NCBI GenBank assembly: GCA_963663385.2
Contig: CAXXXD010000003.1
Span: forward strand, 960,001-1,024,000
Source: Oceanispirochaeta sp.
GTDB lineage: Bacteria; Spirochaetota; Spirochaetia; DSM-2461
DNA: 64,000 bases
Reading direction: 5' to 3'
Part shown: positions 41,157-50,338 of the stretch, piece after piece
Position numbering within the stretch: position 1 is the stretch's first letter
Layout of the letters: every line of letters starts with the position of its first letter
Position numbers and translations under genes: made by a program
Notes under the pieces: model-generated
The model's database searches: none
The model's input: the letters and a program-made list of their open reading frames with translations, nothing else
What the model was told of the DNA's origin: nothing

Positions 41157-42335
41157 ATGAGTAAGTATAATTTCAGCAGTGTTATTGACAGGGCGGGAAC
41201 TTCGGACTGTAAAACCAGTGAAGAAATGATAAAAAACCTGTTTGATCTGAATTATTACGACGATACCATTTCCATGTGGGTTGCGGATATGGACTATTCC
41301 TGTCCTCCCCTGGTTCTGGATGCCCTGAAAGAGAGAGTCGACAGGTTGATTCTCGGGTATACCATGGAAAGCGATGCCTATTATAACAGTATTATCGACT
41401 GGTATAAAAGAAGGCATCAGATGGTGATCAAAAAAGAGTGGCTTCTCTACAGTAATGGTACAGTGACGGCCATCAGGAACTGTCTGAGGGCTTTTACCGA
41501 GGCCGGAGACGGGATCATCATTCAGCCGCCTGTCTACTATCCCTTCGAAAATCAGATAAATGAAACAAAGCGAAGGGTTGTCAGAAATAACCTTCTTGTT
41601 GATGAAAACAACAATAACTCCATAGACTTTGAAGGCTTTGAAGCACAGTGCAGAGATCCCCGGAACCGGATGTTCATATACTGTAACCCCCATAATCCGG
41701 TCGGGACTGTCTGGAGCAGGGAAGATACGCAAAGGCTTCTGAAGATCTGTAACGACAATGATGTTCTGTTTTTTGCCGACGAGATTCACTGCGATCTTAT
41801 CCGGGAAAACAGTCTATTCACATCTGCCCTGAATCTGGAATCCAATGACAAATTAATCGTAGCAACAGCTGTAAACAAAACGTTTAATGTCGCCGGGCTT
41901 CATATAACGAATCTGGTAATCCGAAACGAAAATCTCAGAAATACCCTTATTGAGTATACAGGTCATATTTCCATCTCTCCCTTTGCTCTGGAAACAACCA
42001 TAACCGCATACAATGAGTGCGAGGACTGGCTGGTTCATCTGAACCGGGCCATAGATGAAAACCTTAACTATATGGACGCTTTTATCAAAAAGTATCTGCC
42101 TGAAGTGAAGTTTAATAAACCGGCCGGGACCTATCTGGCCTGGCTGGATTTCAGTGCCTACGGTATGACGGAAGGTGAGATCCTGGCGGTTATGGCGGAT
42201 AAGGCCCATATCATTGTAGAGGGCGGATCCATATTCGGCGGCAGTGGAGACGGGTTTGTCAGGATGAATGTATCCTGTCCGAAGGATGTTCTGATGGAGG
42301 CCCTGGACAGGATCCGAACAGTCTTCGGCAGTTAG
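41157..42335 (+). CDS. MalY/PatB-family PLP-dependent C-S lyase
   Basis: MWVADMD, PPVYYPF, CNPHNPVG, ADEIH, KTFN, GTYLAWLD. Confidence 0.93.
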   Translation: MSKYNFSSVIDRAGTSDCKTSEEMIKNLFDLNYYDDTISMWVADMDYSCPPLVLDALKERVDRLILGYTMESDAYYNSIIDWYKRRHQMVIKKEWLLYSNGTVTAIRNCLRAFTEAGDGIIIQPPVYYPFENQINETKRRVVRNNLLVDENNNNSIDFEGFEAQCRDPRNRMFIYCNPHNPVGTVWSREDTQRLLKICNDNDVLFFADEIHCDLIRENSLFTSALNLESNDKLIVATAVNKTFNVAGLHITNLVIRNENLRNTLIEYTGHISISPFALETTITAYNECEDWLVHLNRAIDENLNYMDAFIKKYLPEVKFNKPAGTYLAWLDFSAYGMTEGEILAVMADKAHIIVEGGSIFGGSGDGFVRMNVSCPKDVLMEALDRIRTVFGS

Positions 42336-42629
42336 ATAAGCGGGTAACATATATCCGGAGAAAGGGTGTTTCACCTCCTGGTACAACCGGAAAAAACAGC
42401 CCTCTTGTCTTACAAGTATTCCTTAAGATTGAACCGGTCAGGTATAGTGTGATACGTTCTATCCCGGATGAAGTTTCAGCGTTTGAACGCCGGCGGAAGA
42501 GAATCAGGGAAGAATCGCTTTTTCGCGCTCCGAACTTCTTGCAGTCTATCTGCATACCCTGATATCAATCTGTTGAGGATTCTATCAGGAGTGGTGTTTT
42601 CTTCGACAGGATATTTTCGAGGAGGATCC

Positions 42630-45407
42630 ATGATCTCAAAAAACAAATCAGCATTACTATTTTTATTATTAAGTCTCATTGCTTCTCTCAGCGCCCAGTA
42701 CGCTCCGGGAGTTGACTGGAAAACTGTCGATACGGAACATTTTCAAATTATATTCCCTGAGGAAATCTCAGAGCAGGCACTGGTCCTGGCTGGAAAAATT
42801 GATCTGATATACGAAGCGGAATCGATGGATTTCGCCGATGTACGGATGTCGAAATGGCCTATAGTTTTAACCCATTCCAGCATGGAAGCCAATGGTTATG
42901 TTGCCTTGTCTCCCAGGAGGAGTATCTGGTACAGCTCACCGATTGCTGAAGAATGTACGGCGCTGGAATGGTATGACCTTCTGGGGCTTCATGAAACCAG
43001 GCATATGGTACAGTACGATCGCCTGAACAGCCGCCTGATTCATCTGCTGTATCTTCTTTCGGGGCAGAACGGGATTAACCTTGGAATTGCTTTCGGAGTA
43101 CCCGACTGGTACTTTGAAGGGGATGCGGTGGCAACGGAAACCCTCTACTCCGAGTCGGGGAGAGGACGGGATCCCCTTTTTTATCGGGGAATGCGGGATG
43201 TCGTGACAAATCAGGATTTCAGCTATTCAAAAATGGTGAACGGTTCCTGCAGGGATTGGGTTCCCGATCATTATGAGCTGGGGTATTTTTTAACATCCTA
43301 TGTAAAGAATACCTATGGAGAGGACAGCTTTGACCGGATTTTGAAAGCGCCCACTCTTCTTCCGTTCCCTTCCTTCGGTATGTACCTTGGTTCAAAAAAA
43401 GTTACAGGTCTCTCCTGGTCTCGACTGTATGAAAAGATGGCGGAAGATCTTAAAACCCAATGGGAAGAACAGGTTCAAAGGGTGAAATTGATAGATAATA
43501 CAGCCCTGACTTCAGAGTCGAATGATCGGGTCGTGCAATGGGAACCTGTCTCGATTGAAAACAACCGGATACTGGCCAGGCGGATATCCCTCTCGGAACC
43601 GGCGGCACTGGTCCGTATTACAGAAGAGGGGATGGAAGATGTGATGCGGGTACCCGGATACGGCTCCATCACCATCGGGGGGGATAAAGCAGCCTGGTCG
43701 GTTATAAGGCCTTCTCTGCATCACGCCGATCAGAGCTGGTCGGACATTGTTACGGTTAACCTTGAAACCGGAACCAGAAAAGACCTCACAAAAAAGAAGC
43801 GCTTTATGATGCCCTCCTATAACCATACGGGAGATGCCATAGCCGTTGTCGAATGGAGCAGGGAGAGAACAGGATCAATTGTTCTGCTTGATGATACAAC
43901 CGGGCAGGAGACAGGCCGTTTTCCTGTTGATAAAGATCTCTTCCCGGCTAATCCCGCCTGGTCGGATGATGACAGGACTCTCTATTTTACAGTTCAGGGA
44001 CATGAAGGCAGGGCGATCGCCGGTATACCGCTGGATACGGGAAAAATGTTTCTTCTGACAGATTTCTCCATGGAAAAAATCAAGAACATCCATGTCTGGG
44101 AGCAGTACATCCTGTACAGTTCGGATTTGAGCGGTCTGGAGAATGTTATGGCAGTTGATACGGTTACGGGAAAGAAATATCAGGTGTCATCCCGTCTGAA
44201 TGGTGTGGTAAAACCCATGGCGGGGAGATTCGGGGATAAAGAGATCCTTTTATACGGTGAATTTGCAGCGGGGAGCAGCAGGAATCTTGCTGTACAGGAT
44301 CTGGATGAGTCCGCCTGGATTCCGGAAGAGGATATAGAAACCCTCTCATTTGTCTACTACGGAGAGGATAATGTAACTAAGGGATCTGCCGAATGGAATC
44401 TGGAACGGTTTAGGGAAGAAGCCGGAAATTACAGCCTGGATGATATCAGGGATTATTCGCTGTTCAAGGGGGATTTCAATGTTCATTCCTGGGGCGTGGG
44501 CAGTGAGACTTCCGATACCGAAATTTCCCTTCAGGTTGAATCTGCTGATCTGATGGGTACCATGAACTGGACACTGGGAGGGGCTTACAATACAAATGAA
44601 AAATCTTCCGGTGCTTTTTTAAATCTGGAATGGAAGCAGTTTTATCCTGAATTCTCCTTCGAAAACGAGTACTGGTACCGGGAAATAGACAGTATTGACA
44701 GTCACGATCTATCTTCTACCGTTTCAGTATCTTTTCCTCTGAATGTAAGCAGGGGGTTCTGGATAAATGAAATTAACCCTTCCGCAGGACTGGGAATAGA
44801 TGCGGTTGTGAATCCTGATAACACGGGTGATCCCGATATGGATATACCGGTTCATTACGGCCTGGAATGGTCTGCCTATCTGCCGGGGAGCTATCAGAGC
44901 CTGCTGCCCCTATGGGGCGCCGGCCAGACCTTCTATTTTGAACACAATCCGCAACAGGATCAGGACCATTTCTTTTCCGGTTCCTCCACCTTCTACATGC
45001 CCGGAGGATTAAGGAACACCGGTCTCTCCCTGAGCGCTGCCTATGAGAATCAGACAGGGGGGTATTCCAGCCGCGTGCTGTTTTCGCGAGGATATGAAGC
45101 TGCCGAAAAGGAGCAGCTGTATCAGTTCCGGGGAAATTATGCTTTTCCCATTGCCTACCCCGATGCAGCGGTCGGCTCCTACTTTTATTTTAAAAGGTTG
45201 AGGGGCAAACTGTTCTATGATTACACAGCCCTGTATGATAAATGGTCCGATCAGAGCAGCTACCAGTCTGTGGGGGCTGAGCTGAGTCTGGACTTTACCG
45301 CTTTGAATATGAAAAACCTCCCCCTGAGTATGGGGCTCCGCTTTTCATGGCTGATTGAAGAGGAAAAACCGCAGATAGAGTTTCTGTTAATGGATGTGGC
45401 TCTGTAG
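42630..45407 (+). CDS. Exported protein: HExxH peptidase-like domain + TolB-like propeller + C-terminal beta-barrel
   Basis: Signal peptide after GGAGG RBS; HETRH and WYFEGDA; NPAWSDD-type repeats; aromatic C-terminal strands (SVGAELSLDF). Confidence 0.7.
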   Translation: MISKNKSALLFLLLSLIASLSAQYAPGVDWKTVDTEHFQIIFPEEISEQALVLAGKIDLIYEAESMDFADVRMSKWPIVLTHSSMEANGYVALSPRRSIWYSSPIAEECTALEWYDLLGLHETRHMVQYDRLNSRLIHLLYLLSGQNGINLGIAFGVPDWYFEGDAVATETLYSESGRGRDPLFYRGMRDVVTNQDFSYSKMVNGSCRDWVPDHYELGYFLTSYVKNTYGEDSFDRILKAPTLLPFPSFGMYLGSKKVTGLSWSRLYEKMAEDLKTQWEEQVQRVKLIDNTALTSESNDRVVQWEPVSIENNRILARRISLSEPAALVRITEEGMEDVMRVPGYGSITIGGDKAAWSVIRPSLHHADQSWSDIVTVNLETGTRKDLTKKKRFMMPSYNHTGDAIAVVEWSRERTGSIVLLDDTTGQETGRFPVDKDLFPANPAWSDDDRTLYFTVQGHEGRAIAGIPLDTGKMFLLTDFSMEKIKNIHVWEQYILYSSDLSGLENVMAVDTVTGKKYQVSSRLNGVVKPMAGRFGDKEILLYGEFAAGSSRNLAVQDLDESAWIPEEDIETLSFVYYGEDNVTKGSAEWNLERFREEAGNYSLDDIRDYSLFKGDFNVHSWGVGSETSDTEISLQVESADLMGTMNWTLGGAYNTNEKSSGAFLNLEWKQFYPEFSFENEYWYREIDSIDSHDLSSTVSVSFPLNVSRGFWINEINPSAGLGIDAVVNPDNTGDPDMDIPVHYGLEWSAYLPGSYQSLLPLWGAGQTFYFEHNPQQDQDHFFSGSSTFYMPGGLRNTGLSLSAAYENQTGGYSSRVLFSRGYEAAEKEQLYQFRGNYAFPIAYPDAAVGSYFYFKRLRGKLFYDYTALYDKWSDQSSYQSVGAELSLDFTALNMKNLPLSMGLRFSWLIEEEKPQIEFLLMDVAL

Positions 45408-45455
45408 AGTCAAAATACAGGAAGGGATTCAGAGATGCCTTCCTGGCTTTCCGAA

Positions 45456-45475
45456 CCCCGAGCGTAGTCGAGGGG
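45456..45475 (+). repeat. REP-like palindrome CCCCGAGCGTAGTCGAGGGG
   Basis: Core CCCGAGCGTAGTCGAGGG identical at 45913-45930. Confidence 0.8.
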
Positions 45476-45479
45476 GGAA

Positions 45480-45558
45480 TCCATATCCTAATTCGACATC
45501 CCAGTCGAATTGTGCTCATCGATTCGCGCCGGATATTCCGCTTCGACTCCCGCAAGAC
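45480..45558 (+). repeat. 79-bp direct repeat, copy 1, ending in an inverted tRNA-Gly 3' fragment
   Basis: 76/79 identical to 45684-45762. Confidence 0.92.
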
Positions 45559-45646
45559 AGTTGTTTAAATAATAAAATAATTCGCTCACACCCTTTGGGA
45601 GAGGAGGGGGAAGATAGGTTGTTTTTCGGGAACGGGGAATCCCTTC

Positions 45647-45673
45647 AAGGAGTTGGCATCCTGCCAACTCCTT
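45647..45673. repeat. Perfect hairpin AAGGAGTTGGCA-TCC-TGCCAACTCCTT
   Basis: 12-bp perfect inverted repeat between the two 79-bp repeats. Confidence 0.85.
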
Positions 45674-45683
45674 CCAGGCCGGC

Positions 45684-45763
45684 TCCATATCCTAATTCGA
45701 CATCCCTGTCGAATTGCGCTCATCGATTCGCGCCGGATATTCCGCTTCGATTCCCGCAAGACG
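45684..45763 (+). repeat. 79-bp direct repeat, copy 2, ending in an exact 18-nt inverted tRNA-Gly 3' fragment
   Basis: TTCGATTCCCGCAAGACG (45746-45763) equals the tRNA T-loop-to-acceptor sequence on the opposite strand. Confidence 0.92.
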
Positions 45764-45772
45764 GATTTGGGT

Positions 45773-45807
45773 AAAAAAAAAGCTTAAACTGAAATAGTTT
45801 AAGCTTT
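45773..45807 (-). terminator. Rho-independent terminator of tRNA-Gly operon
   Basis: Minus strand AAAGCTTAAACT-ATTTC-AGTTTAAGCTTT ending in a T9 run. Confidence 0.88.
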
Positions 45808-45815
45808 CATAGTAG

Positions 45816-45887
<72 letters not shown>

Positions 45888-45911
45888 AAATAATAAATAT
45901 AATATATCGCT

Positions 45912-45931
45912 TCCCGAGCGTAGTCGAGGGA
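45912..45931 (+). repeat. REP-like palindrome TCCCGAGCGTAGTCGAGGGA in the tRNA spacer
   Basis: Same core as 45456 and 26561. Confidence 0.8.
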
Positions 45932-45943
45932 CGAAATTGTTAA

Positions 45944-46015
<72 letters not shown>

Positions 46016-46045
46016 ATTTGCTATTTTTGCCCTTAGGCATGGAGG

Positions 46046-46075
46046 AATATAGCAAAAAAGCGGAATAGGCGTCAA
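46046..46075 (-). promoter_or_regulatory. Putative sigma70 promoter of tRNA-Gly operon
   Basis: Minus strand TTGACG-18 nt-TATATT with extended -10 TGn. Confidence 0.7.
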
Positions 46076-46190
46076 TACTTTTTTAAAAATAATTTTCAGG
46101 TTTTTTAAATCGATAAAAATCATGAAAAAATGCATGGATTTCCCATGTCAGACCTCTTTACATAAGTAAGGGTTTTTGACAGTATTCTGT

Positions 46191-47624
46191 ATGGAAAACA
46201 GAAGTATATATCGCAACATTTCCCCTCTGGATCATCGTTATTATCAATCCAATAAAGAGCTGTTCGAAAAATTGTCGGACAGATTAAGTGAAGAAGCGTC
46301 AGTTGCCTACTGTGTCAAGGCTGAAATGGCTCTCCTCAAAACTCATATCAAGCTACAGAATCTGGGGGACGATGCTTTAATTGCCTCTCTGGATAAAGTG
46401 GAAAAGTCCATTACTCCCGAAGAAGTTTATATCGAAGAAGAGAAAACCCAGCACAATATCCGTGCCCTTGTTAATGTCATTAATAGGAAAGTTTCAGAGA
46501 AACTGAAACCCTGGGTTCATATGGGCGCAACATCCGTTGATATTCTTGATACGGCCAATGCCATGAGAATGCGGGATGTTACCCGTGAAGTTATACTTCC
46601 TCTCCTTATGGAGCTGGAAGAAGAGCTGATCCGTATGGCAGATCAGGAAGCGGAAACCCCGCAGGTAGGGCGGACGCATGGCCAGCATGCTGTTCCTGTT
46701 ACCCTGGGATTCACACTGGCCGAATATGTTTCCCGGCTGGGACAGTCAATTGAAGAGCTGGAAAGGCTTTCAGCCGATCAGAGAGGAAAACTGGCCGGTG
46801 CTGTCGGCGGGTATAATGCCACAAGCATGATTACTTCGGATCCGCTGGCAATGGAAGAGATGTATCTGAATTATCTGGGACTGAAACCCTCCGAGTATTC
46901 CACACAGATGGTGGAACCGGAATACCTTTTACGGCTTCTTCTGGAATACAATACTGCCTTTGGGGTTGTTGCCAATCTGGCTGATGATCTGAGACACCTT
47001 CAGAGATCTGAAATAGATGAAGTAAGGGAGTTCTTCTCTGCCACCCAGGTTGGTTCCTCAACCATGCCTCAAAAGAGAAACCCCTGGAACTGCGAGCATG
47101 TAAAGAGTCTGTGGAAAGCTTTTGCTCCCAGAGTAATGACATTTTACATGGATCAGATATCCGAACATCAGAGAGACCTTTCCAATTCGGCTTCCGCCCG
47201 GTTCCAGGCAGACTTTATCGCCGGATTTGCGGCGGCGGCAGCCCGCATGAAGAAGATAGTAGCCGGCCTTGCAGTTAATAAAGAACAGCTTCGAAAAAAT
47301 TTGACAGCCGGCGGAGATTTCGTCCTGGCAGAACCGACCTACATCCTCCTGGCAATGTCCGGGGTTAACGACTCCCATGAAATTGTCAGAAAAATCACCC
47401 TTTCCTGTGAAAAATCGGGAAGAACCATTAAAGAGGTGCTTCAGGAAGAGCAGAAAGAGAGCTGGGAGAGAATCTCCTCCCAGCTTAAAGAGGTCACTGG
47501 ACTGGATGCGGAAGACTTTTACTCGGATCCTTCTCTCTATCGAGGCAAAACCGCAGAAAAGGCAAGAACCCTTTGCCAAAAATATACCGAATCCATCACA
47601 GCAATAAGGAGTAAACTGGCATGA
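46191..47624 (+). CDS. purB: Adenylosuccinate lyase
   Basis: ISPLDHRY, HMGATSVDI, GRTHGQHA, GSSTMPQKRNP. Confidence 0.95.
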   Translation: MENRSIYRNISPLDHRYYQSNKELFEKLSDRLSEEASVAYCVKAEMALLKTHIKLQNLGDDALIASLDKVEKSITPEEVYIEEEKTQHNIRALVNVINRKVSEKLKPWVHMGATSVDILDTANAMRMRDVTREVILPLLMELEEELIRMADQEAETPQVGRTHGQHAVPVTLGFTLAEYVSRLGQSIEELERLSADQRGKLAGAVGGYNATSMITSDPLAMEEMYLNYLGLKPSEYSTQMVEPEYLLRLLLEYNTAFGVVANLADDLRHLQRSEIDEVREFFSATQVGSSTMPQKRNPWNCEHVKSLWKAFAPRVMTFYMDQISEHQRDLSNSASARFQADFIAGFAAAAARMKKIVAGLAVNKEQLRKNLTAGGDFVLAEPTYILLAMSGVNDSHEIVRKITLSCEKSGRTIKEVLQEEQKESWERISSQLKEVTGLDAEDFYSDPSLYRGKTAEKARTLCQKYTESITAIRSKLA

Positions 47625-49060
47625 TTCAGATTGAAGAAAAATACAGCTACGATGATGTCCTCCTGGTCCCTTCCTACGCGGATTTTTTACCCAGTGACAG
47701 TAATGTCAAAACCCGTCTGGCAGGGGATATCTACCTGAATGCCCCCATTATTTCAGCAGCAATGGATACGGTAACCGAGTATCAGATGGCTATCGCCCTT
47801 GCCCTTGAGGGAGGTGCCGGTGTTATTCACAGAAATCTCCCTCCCCAGGAGCAGGCTGCTCAGGTGGGGCGTGTTAAACGGTATCTTAACTGGGTTATCG
47901 AAAATCCCGTTACGGTTCAACTGGGACAGTCCCTGGGAGAAGTGGACAAGATCATGATGGAAACCGGTGTCACAGGACTTCCTGTTCTGGATAATGGAAA
48001 ACTGTGCGGAATTATAACCAACCGGGATATGCGGTTCTGTACGGACTTTTCCATGAAGGTTGAAGACCTGATGACCACAAAGATGATTCTTGAGAAAGGA
48101 ACGCCTTCTGTTGAATCGGCAGAGAAAAAATTCAACGAATACAAGGTTGAAAAACTGCCTGTTGTAGATAATCAGGGGCGTCTTACGGGTCTTATCACTG
48201 TAACGGATATGGAAAAACACAGAAGTTATCCCGATGCCGCTCTGGATTCCCACGGAAGCCTTATCGCGGGAGCGGCTGTCTCTCCCAACGATTTTGAACA
48301 GAGGATCCCTCTTCTGCTGGAAAAACGCTGTGACTTTGTTGTTCTGGATACGGCCCACGGCAACAGCCTGAGTGTTGTAAAAGCGGTGGAAGATATCAAG
48401 AAGAAATTCAATATAACCGTAATAGGCGGGAATGTTTCCGATGGAGATGGTGCACGGCGTCTGATTGAAGCGGGGGCTGATGCTGTAAAGGTCGGAGTCG
48501 GTCCCGGTTCAATCTGTACAACAAGAATCATAGCCGGAATCGGTGTTCCCCAGCTTTCCGCTGTAATGGAATCAGCCGAAGAGGCGGACAAACATAATAT
48601 TCCTGTAATAGCAGACGGAGGAATCAAGTACTCCGGCGATATCACCAAGGCAGTTGCAGCCGGAGCCAGCACTATAATGATTGGAAACCTGTTTGCCGGT
48701 CTTAAGGAATCCCCCGGCAAGGAAGTCATCTTTGAAGGGCGAATTTTCAAACAGTATCGCGGGATGGGATCTGTCGGTGCAATCAAGGAAGGCAGCGGTG
48801 ACCGGTACCAGATGAAAAAGGATGATGATCCGGTTCCCGAAGGGATTGAAGGACGTGTTCCCTATAAGGGCGAACTGAAACCCTATCTCAATCAGCTTGT
48901 TACCGGATTGAAAAAAGGTATGGGATATTGCGGATGTCGCAATATTGAGGAATTGCGCTCATATAAAAAGTTTGTTAAGATTTCCTCTGCCGGTTTGAGA
49001 GAGAGTCATGCCCATGATGTGAGCATTACTCAGGAAGCTCCTAATTATAGCCGCTACTAG
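47621..49060 (+). CDS. guaB: IMP dehydrogenase with CBS pair
   Basis: SAAMDTVTE, DTAHG, GVGPGSICTT, ADGG, YRGMGS. Confidence 0.98.
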   Translation: MIQIEEKYSYDDVLLVPSYADFLPSDSNVKTRLAGDIYLNAPIISAAMDTVTEYQMAIALALEGGAGVIHRNLPPQEQAAQVGRVKRYLNWVIENPVTVQLGQSLGEVDKIMMETGVTGLPVLDNGKLCGIITNRDMRFCTDFSMKVEDLMTTKMILEKGTPSVESAEKKFNEYKVEKLPVVDNQGRLTGLITVTDMEKHRSYPDAALDSHGSLIAGAAVSPNDFEQRIPLLLEKRCDFVVLDTAHGNSLSVVKAVEDIKKKFNITVIGGNVSDGDGARRLIEAGADAVKVGVGPGSICTTRIIAGIGVPQLSAVMESAEEADKHNIPVIADGGIKYSGDITKAVAAGASTIMIGNLFAGLKESPGKEVIFEGRIFKQYRGMGSVGAIKEGSGDRYQMKKDDDPVPEGIEGRVPYKGELKPYLNQLVTGLKKGMGYCGCRNIEELRSYKKFVKISSAGLRESHAHDVSITQEAPNYSRY

Positions 49061-49105
49061 CGTTTACTATACATTCCGGTCCTAGAAAACATTAAGGATG
49101 ATTAA

Positions 49106-50338
49106 ATGAAACTTGTTGTTATCGGTGCCCAGTGGGGTGACGAAGGCAAGGGTAAAATGGTGGATTACCTTGCAGAAGATGCGGATCTCGTAGTCAGATT
49201 TTCAGGCGGTGCCAACGCCGGTCATACCATTAAGGTAGGAGATCAGACATTTAAACTGCATCTTGTTCCCGCAGGTATCATCTATCCTGGTAAAATCGTT
49301 GCCCTGGGCAATGGCATGGTCATTGATCCTGAGTCTCTGTTTACAGAACTGGCGGGTATCAAGGAACAGGGGATTAACTGGGAGGGCCGGGTGTTCGTCT
49401 CCGACCGGGCACACCTGGTTCTGCCTTCCTATAAGAAAGAAGATCAGGAGATGGAAAGCAGACGGGCCCGGCCTATCGGTACAACCGGACGCGGAATCGG
49501 TGTAGCCTACAGCCGTAAAGCCGATCGGGATGGAATCCGTGTTGCAGACCTGTGGGACTCTGTTATCTGGGAATCCATGACAGAAGAGGACCGGAACTGG
49601 ATTCAGCCGTATAAAGACCTTCTCAAAGACATGAAGGTTAATATGGCTGGGTTCATGATGAGAAATAAAGACAAGCAAATCCTTCTGGAAGGAGCCCAGG
49701 GAGCTCTTCTGGATCTGGATCATGGTACCTATCCCTATGTTTCTTCAGGTATCTCTACCTGTTCCGGCGCGGCGCTGGGTGCCTCAATCGGTCCCAAGCA
49801 TATCGATAAAGCCCTGGGTGTATTCAAGGCGTATCAGACAAGAGTCGGGAACGGACCTTTCCCTACGGAAATGCTGAAAGAAGGTCCCGAACTGGATTTG
49901 GGAAATACGCTGAGAGAGCTGGGTCATGAGTACGGAACCACAACAGGCCGTCCAAGACGGATCGGTTACCTTGATCTGGTAGCTCTTAAATATGCCGGAT
50001 GGGTAAATAGTCTGGATGGTTTCATTCTGTCTCATCTCAACCTGTACGACGGTTTTGATCAGATGGAAGTCTGTGTAGCCTACGAGATCGACGGAGTGGA
50101 AACGACGGATTTTCCCTCTTCAACGGTTGATCTGGATAAGGTAAAACCAGTGCTGAAATCTCTGCCCGGCTGGGAAGGAAAGGTAGGAGACGCCCGTTGC
50201 TGGGATGATATACCAGAAGGGGCAAAAGCCGTTGTGAAATTTATTGAAGATTATACAAATATTCCCGTGGCCGGGTATTCTGTCGGTCCTCTGAGGGATG
50301 AAACATTTATGAAGGAGCCTGCGTGGATAAAATCCTGA
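49106..50338 (+). CDS. purA: Adenylosuccinate synthetase
   Basis: GAQWGDEGKGK, GGANAGHT, IGTTGRGIG, EGAQG, TTGRPRR. Confidence 0.96.
   Translation: MKLVVIGAQWGDEGKGKMVDYLAEDADLVVRFSGGANAGHTIKVGDQTFKLHLVPAGIIYPGKIVALGNGMVIDPESLFTELAGIKEQGINWEGRVFVSDRAHLVLPSYKKEDQEMESRRARPIGTTGRGIGVAYSRKADRDGIRVADLWDSVIWESMTEEDRNWIQPYKDLLKDMKVNMAGFMMRNKDKQILLEGAQGALLDLDHGTYPYVSSGISTCSGAALGASIGPKHIDKALGVFKAYQTRVGNGPFPTEMLKEGPELDLGNTLRELGHEYGTTTGRPRRIGYLDLVALKYAGWVNSLDGFILSHLNLYDGFDQMEVCVAYEIDGVETTDFPSSTVDLDKVKPVLKSLPGWEGKVGDARCWDDIPEGAKAVVKFIEDYTNIPVAGYSVGPLRDETFMKEPAWIKS

Noticed and set aside
42259..42629. ORFs 42259-42555(-), 42476-42679(-) and the 5' extension of the 979-aa ORF
   Set aside because: No recognisable motifs; a GGAGG RBS and signal peptide support the start at 42630
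45480..45762. CRISPR array
   Set aside because: Only two repeats, 79 bp long with a 125-bp spacer, and no cas genes
45394..45774. 126-aa ORF (and antisense ORFs 45295-45555, 45488-45688, 45873-46055)
   Set aside because: They are translations of the repeats, palindromes or tRNA; the duplicated peptide simply mirrors the DNA repeat
37291..45815. Genomic island integrated at tRNA-Gly
   Set aside because: Accessory-looking genes, but I found no integrase and no direct-orientation att repeat by eye
46016..46190. Purine riboswitch upstream of purB
   Set aside because: AT-rich divergent promoter region with no recognisable aptamer or terminator
49106..50338. PurZ (diaminopurine pathway)
   Set aside because: Catalytic GDEGKG Asp is retained (PurZ has Ser), and the context is a housekeeping purine operon
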